Shown here one piece after another: positions 14,704-27,627 of a stretch of 60,701 bases of DNA; the first letter of the stretch is position 1; each line of letters begins with the position of its first letter. The position numbers were made by a program, and so were the translations under genes. Source of the DNA: Bigelowiella natans CCMP2755 (Eukaryota; Protista; Cercozoa); assembly GCA_000320545.1 (NCBI GenBank), contig ADNK01000576.1:1-60701 (forward strand), given 5' to 3'. The notes under the pieces were generated by a model. That model was not told the DNA's origin. It did no database searches and worked only from the letters and a program-made list of their open reading frames with translations.

Positions 14704-15398
14704 AATCCCATACCACACAGGCGGTCTCTTCTACTGCTGCAGAATGAACAAAATGAAGCAGAAAAGCAAAGAGCCGATCATTCTCGGTAGAGCCAGCGTA
14801 AACGAGTCAGCAGCAGGTATGTATCTTAAGAATGCGGACCGACGGGAGATGGTAGGCGCGCAAAATATGCGTTTGGAATATGACTGTTTGCGTCCCACAA
14901 TTGTCCGAGAAGGGGTTGGATTTGGGCGTGGTGATATTGGTGGTGGCGCATGCTAAGAAAATTGAAGGCGAACGAGAGAAGTGAAAAAAAATCATGGCAC
15001 CGCCTTCAGTATACAATATGATGAGGCCAGTCGTGACTAGTGCATCGCAGAATCGCAACACAAGCATTGATAAATTGACTGTGTTAGGCTTGGGAACCTT
15101 TGGAGCGAGCCAGCCGCGTCTTACTGCCGATACTGCCATCATTGCGCGCGATGCCAATCAGGTTTGATGCGGCATTCATACGGATGAGAGAGAGAGAGAG
15201 GTGATAGGGGGGGGGGAGTACTTTGTGTGAACTGTCAGGTTTTAGTACGTGCTTGGGAATTTATTCTTGGCCATCAGAAATATTTCATGATGTACACAGG
15301 TTCCTGGCCAGCCTCCGTTGCCTATCATGGCTCACCCAGATGACCAAAACTTCGACCGTCTCAGATTAGAAAGGAAAGGCGAGACTGTGGTCGTGTAG
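271..15398 (+). CDS. Multi-exon subtilisin-like serine protease (S8, Kp43/Dictyostelium TagC-like), type-I membrane protein; 5' end lies upstream of the window
   Basis: Manually spliced exons give prodomain motifs FIPNNAVVIV and HENVHWIER, then IWDKGITGKGQK|VHVWDNG|LDLTHCFF (catalytic Asp codon 2205-2207), RK|VQAY...SHGTHVSG|SVAG (His 3623-3625), IDNFMHTNEDSLVLFAA|GNGG (oxyanion Asn 4680-4682), KNSLVVGA, ADFSSRGPAPDNR|IKPDVVAPG and AGTSMATPLTAGSIALIR (Ser 7303-7305). These are followed by QYYTEGW, PSSALLKA, GFG, VWIDPP, VNDLDL and NNVEK, a Thr/Pro repeat stalk, a TM helix GSIVGGVLGAVAAIAII|GGLFYCC (~14500-14740) and a cytoplasmic tail ending GETVVV-TAG at 15396-15398. Confidence 0.92.
8155..8245. 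repeat. (TGCACA)n hexamer repeat interleaved with (CA)n, in a subtilisin intron
   Basis: Direct read: cacatgcacatgcacatgcac... in two runs, with one catacatg variant near 8230. Confidence 0.9.
12470..12832 (+). repeat. Coding tandem repeat, ~69-bp unit (TMTPTTHPVTTSPTTQTPTVSPA), about 5 copies; mucin-like stalk of the subtilisin
   Basis: Near-identical units ccatgactcccacgacgcatcctgtgacc... within ORF 12390..12965. Confidence 0.9.
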
Positions 15399-18123
15399 TA
15401 GTGATCCATGGGATGTTTGTGAACCTTTTTAGACATACATGAGTTCAAGAAAAAGCCTACAAACCAATCTCGTCGCAATGCATTCTAAATTAAAAATAAC
15501 AAATAAGTGAAACGAGCTATTAGCGTTATTTTGCCCCTCAGTGTTTCTTTCGGTGTATGGCATGCATGTGCTCAAAATCGACAATGCGTAGTTGCTACGG
15601 GTTACGAGAGCTTGCATCACCGATCACTTCCTCCATATACGATACCGATATGTACGAGATACAAACTGATGCACGTACCCATGCAGGGTGCGGTATGCCA
15701 CGTATTATGTGTACTATTGCGTTGCTCATATGCATATGTTGCATGCCGTATATGACGAAAACAAAGGCATGCACAACTTGGTTAACAGAGTCATAGTTAT
15801 GACTAGAATGTAGTTAATCTTAGTTGTCTCTACTATGTGTATAGCATTTGCTGTACGTAATGTGTAAAATAAAACAATGAGAACTAGCGTGTGCGTGTGC
15901 ATCGCATGTGCGGCCGCAGCAAAAACATGCGTCATTATCTTCGCGGCATGTAAGACGGATGTAACCAATCAATTAAAATTGTTCAATAGTCATCCTTATG
16001 TAGCTGTGCAATGCAGCGGCATGTAATCGCAGGCTTTGATCGATAAATTCATCATTTGTATCGATCGTATAAATACGTCGTCTACAGCTGTAATTGCACA
16101 TGCCCTTTACCTACAAAGTGTCAATACCTGTTCATATTTTTGTCGTACACCCAATGTGATGCAATCTTCTTCATGTTCGTGACAAATGGCTGCTTGCTTG
16201 CACTATCCGCATCAGTTGCGGCAGTTTTTGAACAGCTTCTTCCGCTTCGTCCACAGATGCTCATCAAAGAGCCACAATATCCCGGAAGATTTTCTACCAC
16301 ATAGATAACATTTATTATCGAGAACGGAAAAGACTTGTGAAAAATCTATCTCGCAGAATATCAATGTCCTAACATTAGGCTTTCGTAAGTTATGATTTAG
16401 CTTGTTGGTTCCTACCAAATCATTTGCAGCGCCTTTTAAGAAAGCATCGTCATTGTCTTTAAATACATCGTGAACACTTCAGTTTTAAATCAATATGACA
16501 CACCAACACTATTTCACCAAAATAGCATGAAAATACCGTCTTTGTGAACATCAAGATAGTGCGAAACAAACTCTTTCTCCGAAAGCTGTCCACTTTTATC
16601 CTACCATATCAATAAATTACACCGATGGGTTCATGTACACCATAGGTAACATGTACAAATGTTTTTGAGTCCAGTATAAGACGGATGTAATGAAATGTTT
16701 AAAAAAATTCAATTGTTATCCTAATGTAGCTATGAAAAGCAGCGGCTATAGCGCTCAAGTTGTGTCTATTTGTTTCCATTGTCACATGTTGCAGTGTACC
16801 AGTATACGCACACGCACACGCACACACATGCTCATACACATGCATAGGCAATATGTGTATCTCAATAAATATCTGGTTGCGAAGGATCATGATGGCATAC
16901 ATCGTCGAATTTCTTAAACATCTTTTCTGCTCTCTGATCCTCCTTCTCTGAGCCCTAAGATGTGAATCAGCGTTCGAAAAATCATAATTTGATGAACATT
17001 CCTCAAAAATATGCGGGATAATCGCACTCGATATGTATTTGGTACCTTCGACCACTGAGCTTTGAATTCGAATATATCGATTTCGCCTGATCTTATAAAC
17101 CAGAAAAAAACACATATCGTTATTTCCTAGTTTATATTTTTCGCCCATTCATATACCCATCGTCGTCTAGCGCAGCAAAGAGCTTGGCTGCCATTTCGGA
17201 CCGATTTTTGCACTCCCTATAAAATCCAACGAGTGTAGATAGTAAAACCTCTGGAAGAACAAGTTCCGCTTATTTGATCGTATTAATAGTTCGGGACAAG
17301 AGAAGAATAACTACAAGTACTCGTATCATTCATGAGCGAAGGAGATGAAGCTTACTTCAGTTCATCAAGTTCTTTTCCCATCTCTTCGCTAGAATGGTGA
17401 GTCCTTCATTAAGTATCAAAATTTTGGTTTGTGAGGAATCTCAAATAACGGCAACGAAAGTGATGAAAACAATGGGTTTACTCGAGGGTAGTCAATGATC
17501 ACGGAGGGGAGGACAGTACTTCGGTAGATAGTTTTCGAGAGTTACAACTACTACACATGTGACCAAAAGATCGGCGAATGTTTCCCTGCGACAACACATT
17601 TCGAACTGGCTAATCTGAATAATTAAGCAATAATAGATCTACTTGTATCTTGATGCGACTTTGACTGATTTCCGTATTGGCATGTGCAACATCCAAGTTG
17701 CTCTACCTACCTTAAAATACCCCCTTTCAGCACACAGCGACAGGGTTCGATCGCGAGAATGTAGTTCCTACGAGTAGGTTTCGTACTAGATCTATGTGCA
17801 TAATTTTTTATTCACAGTAAAAAAAAAAGAGAACCAGAGTAATTTTTTTTTTTTTTAGTTTTGCACATTCGGAAGAAGACTGAAGGTCACAAACCAAACC
17901 TCCGCACAAGGAACTTGTCCGCACCAAACTCACTGCTGGTCTAATTCTCTCAATATCATGTCGATTGTGATGGATTTGACGACACACTGTCATTCACTTA
18001 CGATGTTTTTACGAGTGTTGCATTTCAATTATTTATTTAAATATTTATTCGGATTGCTGATGGATTTGACGACACTAGTCAATGTGTCATGTGCCCCACT
18101 TACCCACCATTGCAAAACAGGCA

Positions 18124-19085
18124 ATGGGGAGAAAACCTTCAGATCCAAATAGGCTTTACTGTTCTGACGAGGATGCCAGAGACATCCGTTCGTCCTCCAC
18201 TTCTGGCAAGAGTGTCAAGATTCCGTGTGTGGATGGCAAGAGTGACATCGTGATCAACAACACCATGATGAAACAAAAGGTGCATGGCCTGTTCAAGAAA
18301 TGCCTCGAAGTTCAATCCGATTCTGGAGTGAAGATACCGTTGGTTGTTGCCAACCCGTTGGATGGCAGAGTCATTTACTCGTCGAACCTGAACAGCAAAG
18401 AATCAGTCAATCAAAACCATGATGACCATCCTGCAGCAAACAAAGCTTCTTCAAAACTGACAAGACACAGAAATGCGTCGCATTCTTTGAAAAAATGGGA
18501 CAATTTGAATCGATCATTGTGCTCCATCGAAAAGAGGATCCATGACTTCGACGAATCGCGCCGGGTCAGCAAAGCAGACTTGAAGAAACGACCAAACTGC
18601 CAAATGCGAAGCACCGTCCCACCCCAAGTACCAGTTCTACGATCATGTTGTCACCATCCAGGGAGAAGCAGCAGAAACCACATCAAGAACACATTCAAGA
18701 CGAAATGCTTTCTGATGCTTCGCGTCCACAACAGCAGCGTCCTTTGTCCGAGGAAGGGGACTGTGACGATGAGAAGGTCGAGAAGTCTCGCAAAAAGGAA
18801 CGTCACAAACGCAGCAAGAAGAAGAAGAAGTTTTGCACGAACAAGAAAACAAGGAACAAAAAGTGGGAGGAGGGGGACAATGAGAAGGTCACTCGCACCA
18901 CGAAGGCTTCGGAAAAACGCAAACGGCAATCCATGGAACCCTCCGAACGCAAACGAAAGTCACTTGCAGAAAAAAACCCGGACGGTTTTTGCGATTCCAA
19001 TGAGAAGTCTCACAAAGGCAAACATCACAAACGCAGCAAGAAAGAGAAGAAATTTCGCAAGGAAGTGAAACCAATGGATGCTTGA
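18124..19085 (+). pseudogene. Intronless, frameshifted relic of a divergent MADS-box (SRF-TF)-like protein with a Lys-rich C-terminus
   Basis: MGRK...GKSVKIPCVDGKSDIVINNTMMKQKVHGLFKKCLEVQSDSGVKIPLVVANPLDGRVIYSS resembles the MADS consensus (GR.KI.I.YI.....R..TF.KR..GLFKKA.EL..L.G..V.LIV.S..G..Y.S). The natural-looking acidic/Lys-rich tail (EEGDCDDEKVEKSRKKERHKRSKKKKK) lies in a different frame (18645..19085). The relic sits inside a TpA-depleted patch. Confidence 0.55.
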
Positions 19086-19800
19086 AAGTCGTTTTTGACT
19101 GCTTTTCCTTCTTTTTTTCCCACTTCTTCTTCTTTTTCTACTCATTCTCCTTTTGGCGGAAAACAAAAACTGGAACAGATGCGACATGGTTGCATTCTAG
19201 CATTGGCATTGTGAAATGAACCACCAACAAAATTGTTGAGGATGGAATCGATCAGAAATTTGTCAGTGAACATTTCAGCATTCCTGAAATTTGCTCGATG
19301 GCTAGCCATGGTAGCATGATGAATCATGTGAACCACACACGCCAGCGCACATGTGTCTCAGTCAACACGCATGTCCATGTGTGTCAGCGCATCCCAGCCT
19401 CCGCTTTGCTGTGCTGAGTGCCATGCAAGCTGCGTTTCATTGCTGCAAGGATCAATTTTTGATCGCTCATCAGTTCAGGCCTCACAGCTAGAAGCTAATT
19501 TGGATTGCACAGTTGGCCAAATGTGGATCTGCACGTCCATTTTGTTTGCGTAACTGATGCACATCTCTTTTGCAGAAGACATTGCTTGCATGACGAAGAC
19601 AGCAATGATGATGACAATTGAGACCAAAAACTGCTGCTTCAACTGATCCAAAAGCCGCCGCCGATTCGCTAAAACGCCCGCTATGCTCGCTTGCTCTTCT
19701 TGTTCAGGCCTGGCTTGCGTAAGCGGCCATTCTGCAAAAGAACCGGGGAAAATGCACTCCATGATTGATTTGAAGAATTGGCATCAAGTTGATGCAGTCT
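18160..19800. other. TpA-depleted, TpG/CpA-rich patch A
   Basis: By eye, only 4 TpA in 18160-19138 and none in 18640-19138. The bias continues more weakly to ~19800, with CTAG survivors at ~19197, ~19302 and ~19488. Confidence 0.85.
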
Positions 19801-19868
19801 TTTGCATCATCCCCACCACTACCTCCAACCTCAACTATGGAGGAGCTCTAGTTGTGTGGTAGAAATAC

Positions 19869-19988
19869 TCATGGAGACAACGAAAGGTTAGCCCCACGAC
19901 ACACAAACGTAAAAACCGTACCGAATCGAAAGACAGCAATCAATATTCGTCGTTTTGCGCACCATCCGAAATTTGAGCAACATGCATG

Positions 19989-20019
<31 letters not shown>

Positions 20020-20465
20020 CTCTGAAGCAACCGCGCATCGACCTCATCTATCATAGCCTTGAGCGCATCCATCGTAAACTTATCCTTATTGCCATCCCTA
20101 AATAATACGGTTCATTATTCTCCTCATTGTGGGAATTTATGTTATGGCGTTATAGATCTAAACGAACCCTCCTTTCATTGCTTTCATCGTCTCCGCAAGA
20201 TTCCTGCGAGTACACATGCACACAGATAGAGCATTAATAGAGCAAGATGATTGTTAATAACATGGCGACATATTCCTAGAACGCACGGGTCTCATCACTT
20301 CCGTAAGTTTCGCTCCTTCGATATCAATAGGTATGTCTTCCTCTTCATTGATAGTATATAACTCATTTTCAACAACATTATTATTGCAATTGGTTACTTT
20401 GCTTCGTCAGAATCTAGCTCCTCTAACATCTTCTTTGCCTGGATATCCGAATGCGTTCACGAACA

Positions 20466-20523
<58 letters not shown>

Positions 20524-21803
20524 CAGGTAGACGCGCATGCACATATTCACCCATCAATAATGAAAAATAGTACATTCTGTGAGTGTACGTGCGTGGTATC
20601 TGCCACGGTACAACCTGCTTATGATCAGGATCACTTTCCAATGCATCCTCCAATGCTACTCTAGCTTCTCGAATCGCTCCTACCATGTTACGACGACACC
20701 ATTTGCCCACACACGCTCATGGCGTTGAACTGATAACCCGGTGATACAGAAACAACGATACCCCTGGTTGCGCTGCTCCCTCATTCACTTCTCCCCTTTC
20801 TCCTCTCTCCCCACTAACCCTTCCCCCCTTCTCCCCCTTCCAAGCCAAACTTCATTTTTAGTACCGAGCATCGTGAGGGCGCGAGCCGTTAGCATGATCG
20901 TGTTGATGTCATTCGGTGTGATTTGAAGGCGCATCTGCGCATGGAACGTGCAGCAGCAGAGTAGTGCTTAGATTAAGAGAGAGTGGGTGTAAAAGAAGCT
21001 GTTCTCGAAAGCGCTCTACTCCACGGCAGAGAATCTTAAGAAATCATCGTACTACAATGTCGTCTTTAGATAGTTGTCGGACAGAAACACCTATAAACCA
21101 CCTGTTCTAGAGAGAGCGAGGGCGCATGTATTGGCAATATCAACATCATCATCATCATCATCATCATCAGTTGCAGCGGCAGCAGCAGCGGCAGGAGTGG
21201 GAAAATACTGCGAGCATACTCTTCACCTGAAAGCAAACGATAGCTTCTAGCGGCATGTTGAGGTCGTAGAGCAGCAACTGGCCAAACTTGCTCCAGTGGA
21301 TCTTGTAGGTAGTTCGGGACATTTGACGACAACGACGTCAACGAAAGACGACAACGATGCAACAGCAAATGAGGAGAGGAGGAGGAGGAGGAGGAGGAGG
21401 AGGAGGAGGAGGGAAAAGAGACACAAAGAATAACGGTTAATGGACCATGAGGGAAGAGGATACGTTCGAGTAGTAAAATAGCTGCAAGCAGCACTCGCTG
21501 GTTTACTCTATTCATAATTTGTGATAATACTGTGCGTGGGGGATGGATGGATGGATCGATGACTGATGAACCTTGGCAATGGAGGCCGAAACCTCCCCGA
21601 ACAAGGCACCCCCGTCCTCCTCTTCCTCCCCCCCCTCCTTCTCCTCATCATCAGCTTCCTTCTCCTTAGCGGTCAGCGACTGTGCACCACTAAATAGATA
21701 TTCATATTAGAGAAGGTTAGCACTAAAAATGATCGCTCGCACATCCCGCCTCGCCTTCCCCCTTCCCTCTCTCTTCCTCTCAACACCACTACTACTACCA
21801 CCA

Positions 21804-21835
<32 letters not shown>

Positions 21836-22264
21836 CTACTACCATCACTACCTTGCTTCGGTAAGGAGTTTGATAGATTCAGAGGCGATGCTCAAGGCCG
21901 GGCCTTTGGCTCCGATGCGGCTTAGCAAACGAGCCACCTGGCATTGTTGGCGTTATCGTTATTATTATTGTTGTTGCTGCTGCTGCTGCTGATGATGATG
22001 ATGACGATAACGATGATGATACTCGGAAATGGTGTCAATCTGCACTGACAAGTTCGTCGTTAATGTACTACTACTACTACTACTACTTCTACTTCTACTT
22101 CTACCTGCCAGCGAAGTGCCATGTTGTACTTACCAACTTCCAGAGCCTATGGAGATGATGCGGAGAGACGTCATCGAAGATATCATCACCCCAGTCGTAT
22201 TGTTAGATATGGTCATCAACAACCGCACAATTGAACACTCTGATGGACGCTTATGCATGTGTGT

Positions 22265-22316
<52 letters not shown>

Positions 22317-22650
22317 TGGTGGTGTTTCGAAAAGAAGGGGAGAGAGAGGATGAAAGGAAGGACCATCTCCATATGTTTAATGCAGTCTTTTGGGTTCTCT
22401 TTGATCAATGAAAGTGCTATATCGACGTGGAATTGATGAACCTGAGAGGGATAGTAGTATTTGTATATGCATATTTATATAATGTGTGTGTGTATGTGTG
22501 CGTGCGTGTGTGCGCGCGCGCGCGGAGTCATAATGTAGGTGACGGTGTTGTTGTTAGGGCTGATGATACATTTGGGTATTTCTCGGAGAGTTCCTTGAAT
22601 TCTTCCAGACGATCCGTTCTTTTACGTGAGTAAAAAAGTACTTACATTCA

Positions 22651-22691
<41 letters not shown>

Positions 22692-23062
22692 ATTCTTCAG
22701 TATAGTATTGACTATCCCACACGCTTCTTCAGTATAGTATTGACTATCCCACACGCATCTAATTTACCTGCTCTTACCTCTTCCCCCCGCACACACACAC
22801 ACACACTCACGCACACACACACATTTAACATTTCATATTTATACATATAGATTGCATGGTTGTCGTTCATTCGCGCTTACGATCGCGGCCGATTATCAAA
22901 CCATGTACTACTACTACTACTACTATTACTACTACTACTACGACTACTACTACTTCTATCAACACTTCTCTTCCTACTTCTGTGGCTGGATTGGAGTGTG
23001 TCGCGCATGCTTCGAGAAGACAACAGCATCAGACGTGCTGATCCTGAGAGAAGCAGAAGGAG

Positions 23063-23106
<44 letters not shown>

Positions 23107-24005
23107 GGGGGGGGGAGGGGGGGGGGGGAGAGATAAGCACGCGATAACAGCATCAAGGAAGAAAAGGAGGAGGAGAGGAAGAGGAGGAGGAGGTTTCATA
23201 ATCATGAGCCAAAGATACGTAGTCTCCTCTCGAACACGCGATCTTTGTCTGCTTTGAGCCTTCTTCTTCTTCTTCTCCTTCCTCTCCATGGCAAAGTGGC
23301 AGTGCTTGTGCTATTACCGTGCATAAGGCCAGTACTCTGGAACAAAGATCACGTCGCCAGGACCCTGATGTGTCGTTACCATGATAATAGTGATACTGAT
23401 GATGGTGATAATGATGATAATTGTAATAATGTTGGGAAGTAGGAGAGTGGAGGAGGAGCAATTATGTTCTATTCATTCTCCTTCCCGTCTCCCCCCATCC
23501 CCCTTTCCTTCCCCCCTCACCTGCTCGCAAATGAGCGGTCTTTCCCCTCGATCTTTTGAAAGAATCTTGAGATAATCACCATCAACCTAATGTATTCCAA
23601 GAGAGGGAGAGGTCGTTGACGATGTGGGAGTGATCGGATCGCGTATCATCATCATCATCATCATCACCACCACCACCACCATCATCGTGTGGGTCATAGT
23701 CTCTACACGCGTGCGAGAGAGCACCGCCAATACAAGAGATCAGACAAAATCCAGTTTTTGAACAATCACAGGAACGCTACATATATTTCAACCTCGATAT
23801 GCTGCTTTACTACTACTTGCTACTACTACTACTACCACTACTACTACTACTACTACTACGGCTACTATGGCTACTGCTGCATGACTCTACTTTATGTACT
23901 GTTAACCTCGCTGAGGATGAACTGCGATGCAACTTCCGACGGCACCCCCGTCTTCGTGGGATAAATGTACCTACCAGTGTGCAGATCTGTGTGCGAGAGT
24001 GTTGT

Positions 24006-24042
<37 letters not shown>

Positions 24043-24347
24043 GGCGTGTGTAGGAACATGAAGCTCGCAAGATTCGTTTGTGTGTGCTTGCTGCGCAGTG
24101 TGTGCTCTGCTGTGGAGGGAAGGGAGAACATTGTTGTTTGTCCGAGGACTGCGCCATGCCTGAGAAGAATCAAGGAACAAGCAGGGCAAAGACTATTAGA
24201 AGCTGAGAAGAGATGGAGATAGAGAAGGCGAGAGAGAGGGAGGTGGGGCGGGAGGGGCGGGGAGAGAGTAACTACAAAATGATCTACAGTGACCATGAAT
24301 CGCCGTGCGTTTGGAAGGGGCTCCCAGAACCTTTATGAGCCTAGTAA

Positions 24348-24379
<32 letters not shown>

Positions 24380-24765
24380 CATTTTCTATCGTTAAATACT
24401 ATTATCGCCATCCTGCATGATGAAGGGAAAATGTAGATGTCTTCGGATGCGTGATGCGTCTAAAACAGTTTATTCCACAAAACAACCTCGCAAAGCCCCC
24501 TCCCCAAAAAAAGATGTCTTATCATAATCATAAACCATCATCACTTCCATCGTTGTGTTTTAAGATCCCACATTTGTTGCTGCTGCAGCAGCTTCCCTTC
24601 TCTCTACCTCACTTACTACCAAGTATAGCATCGGCGTGTCTAAGGGCGTTGAGGTGGTGGCGCTCTTCAAAGCCTTCAACCCCTGTGCTCAGAGAGCGGA
24701 AAATGGTGGTATTGATGAATGCTCGAGACTCGCTCACATGCACATCTGCTGCTGTCTATAAATAA

Positions 24766-24796
<31 letters not shown>

Positions 24797-25745
24797 CATT
24801 GGAACATACCTCTGACTGTAACGCTTCTAAGTCCGAGACGTCAACACTCACTTGCCGCAGCGGGGAATCTATAAAAACGCATCATCCGTCGGCTTTGCGA
24901 AGCATGCTTTGAGAAGCTTTGTTGTTTTTGCTAGGAATTCCATCGGCCATCACAGATATATTACCAGGGGCGATTTTTTTGTGCTTTTTCAGGGTTTCGT
25001 CACGAGCGAGAAGCTCCTCTTCGCTCAAAACCTGGAAGTCACCACGTCAAGGATGCATGGAGGATGCGATTAGGAGCGAGCACGGCAGAAGAAATCTTGC
25101 CGCGAAGCATGATCGCGCACGCATACAACAACAAGGAAACATCGATGCTTTCTGCGTGAAAAAGTTGGTGCAAAGACATGGAATTCACCTGCCCGTAGAG
25201 AACCTTTTCGATTCCGTCCGCATCACGCGATAGATGCTCTGAAGAAGAAGAAGAAGAAGAAGAAGAAGAAGAAGAGGAAGACAGCGCACATGCACAATGA
25301 ACGTCACACGCACGCACGCACTTTTACAAACGTGCACACACAAACACACACACTCTCTCTCTCTTTCCCGTAAATCTACAAGCTTTGGTACCTACCTCCC
25401 TCAACTCTTTAAAATAAACAAAGAGACGCTGGAAATCGTACCAGCAGCATTATCATCACGCATTGCGCTATAAACTACCAAGATATCCTGAAATCGAGAC
25501 CGAGGGGCGCGGTCTTGAAGCATCGTCTTTGGATATCCGACCGTCAACCTACGTTTAAGAGAGGGGAGAGCATGCATGATGAGACGACGTGCCGATTATA
25601 AGAGGCAAGAAAGAATGCAATGCATCTGTCCCCCCGCCCCCCCCACTCTCTCGCTCTCATAAGCGTGTGCGTGTGCGTGTGTGTGCGTGCTGAGACGTAA
25701 GGATTGCAGCAGCAGCAACAACAACAACAACAGTAACAACAGCTG

Positions 25746-25776
<31 letters not shown>

Positions 25777-27600
25777 ATCACCATGATTTCAAGCCCTAAT
25801 CGAGGTACGACTTCCAGTTGGCCTTCATATCCGTCGTATTTCATTAATAACAATAGAAACCACGAACGTTATTGTTGTCGAGATTTCAACGCGAGAGGCT
25901 CATCAAAACACAATAACTCGAGGCACACCCCGCCCCACCACAGCATAATATGGTCTCAGAAAGGAATCAAAGCCTTCTTTCTTAATGTTTGGTTTGTTTA
26001 ATTTGTGTTGGTAACGTTGCCTGCGCTTTCCTACTCCACCACCCCTCCTTCTTCCCTTCCCCCCCCCCCCCGCCATCGTTAGCGTACGCTAGATCTGATA
26101 TTAACTGTAATATCTATGCTGCTCGCCATGAAGAAAGGTGTGTCGCAGTAGTATACGAGAGGTGCGTGTGATCTATTAATCATCACCGAATTTGTGGAAG
26201 AATCCTTCCTTGGATGTTATGTCTCCTTTGCTCACTTCAAGTCCGCCCTTGAGGATGAACGGCTTTCCTGTAGTGATGGTGTATGAGAATGAGCAAGATG
26301 ACGATGTAGTGATATTTGTGGCGATGGTGATGATGACAATGATAATGGATTCTTCGATTGCAGTGAGGAGCATGTGGTAAGGTGTACTGATGATGGCATC
26401 GTAATATGTGATAGTTTGACGGGCACAGTGACGACGACAACGACAACGACAACAACGACGACCTGTCTTAATAATAGAAGCCAGCTGCTCTTCTGATAGT
26501 GAATCTAAATAGACGATGACGACGACGACGTGAACGGAAATACAGGCGGCAATTAATTTCGAGTCTGCAAATGTCAATCGGCTAATCGGCTGTCACGGCT
26601 ACTATCGTGTTAGAATTCTCCGTCTGTCGTGTCTATTCTCTGAATGTCAGGCACTAGGGTAGAGAAGAAGTACCCATTGTGTACTCGTCGAGATCACAGG
26701 GCCAAGCCTCGGTCGAGGATGTTTTGCAAGCTCCTTCCTGAGCAGCATGCATGCCACCACGTGGTGGGGTGAGGAGTCAGTTGCTGTTCGGTGAAAGATA
26801 GAGCAAATAATGATGATAAGCTTGCTCAGTGTGTTTCACATCCCACCTCGCCAGTGCACACGTCCTCTGCTGCCCTCGCGTCTGCAGCCATGGCGATGAG
26901 GACGGCCAACGATAGAAAACTCCGCGCTCTCCTCATCCTGCTCTCCGTGCTGTCTTTCGTATAAAGAGAGGTAGGTTGCATGGAAAGGTGTGGTTACGCT
27001 AGAGCTCCTTTTGGCTTCCAATTAAAAATTGAATGTAAAACAAGGGTGGGTGACGTATGTGGCCACACTGGAACAATGCTACAGTGTGTTCCAGATCCAA
27101 CATATACCTTACCCTTCCCCAACCCCTGTGCGAGATGAAACAACTCAAATACTACCGTCACCGTGCTCGGAAGGGGAAAATCAAAAGTATTAAACACGGC
27201 AACCGCGCGGAAATTGCTTCAAATCCCCATACCTGGTGATAAGATTGGTGGGGGGGGGTAGTCCACGTGAGTGGGTTGGATTATGAGCCCTGGCTTTCTT
27301 GGATTAAGACAGAAATAATTAGATATATTCTCGATGAAAACAAACCTTAAAATTACCTGCGACAACGTTGTCAAGATTTCCGTGTCAGATCCGAAAGCTC
27401 CGGAAAGTCCGACCTGCACACGGGACTCGTCGGCTCTGCCAAGAGCACATCCAACCAAAAGAGCATTAAGTCGCTCTCGTCTTGGCAACACATTCGCAAC
27501 AGCCTTCTGCGATGATCTCTTAGTCTTTCGAGAAACTTCAGCGTTTCACGTGTAGAAAACAATTCTGTAACTTGTTTCTCATGATGTCTCCTCAAGTTAG
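19869..27600 (-). CDS. Multi-exon hypothetical protein with alpha-helical/TPR-like C-terminal segments
   Basis: Minus-strand exon-like blocks, many bounded by AG/GT, include TLKFLERLRD...LFWLDVLLAE, YLDSLSEEQLASIIKT, VDGRISKDDASRPRPS, VSLLLYACAIMLRGK, VARLLSRIGAKGPALSIASESIKLL, QITPNDINTIMLTARALTML and GAIREARVALEDALESDPDHKQVVPWQIP. Start, end and full exon chain are uncertain. Confidence 0.5.
22693..22756. repeat. Perfect 32-bp tandem duplication
   Basis: ttcttcagtatagtattgactatcccacacgc occurs twice (22693-22724 and 22725-22756). Confidence 0.9.
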
Positions 27601-27627
27601 GCACAGTTTTCAGTCCTCATCACTGTA

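Noticed and set aside
16050-17400. Short ORFs and exon-like fragments in the intergenic region after the subtilisin
   Set aside because: No recognisable motif and no consistent exon chain.
19869-27600. Assignment of the TPR-like gene as TTC7/Ypp1
   Set aside because: Only a loose resemblance at the C-terminus; not supportable without a profile search.
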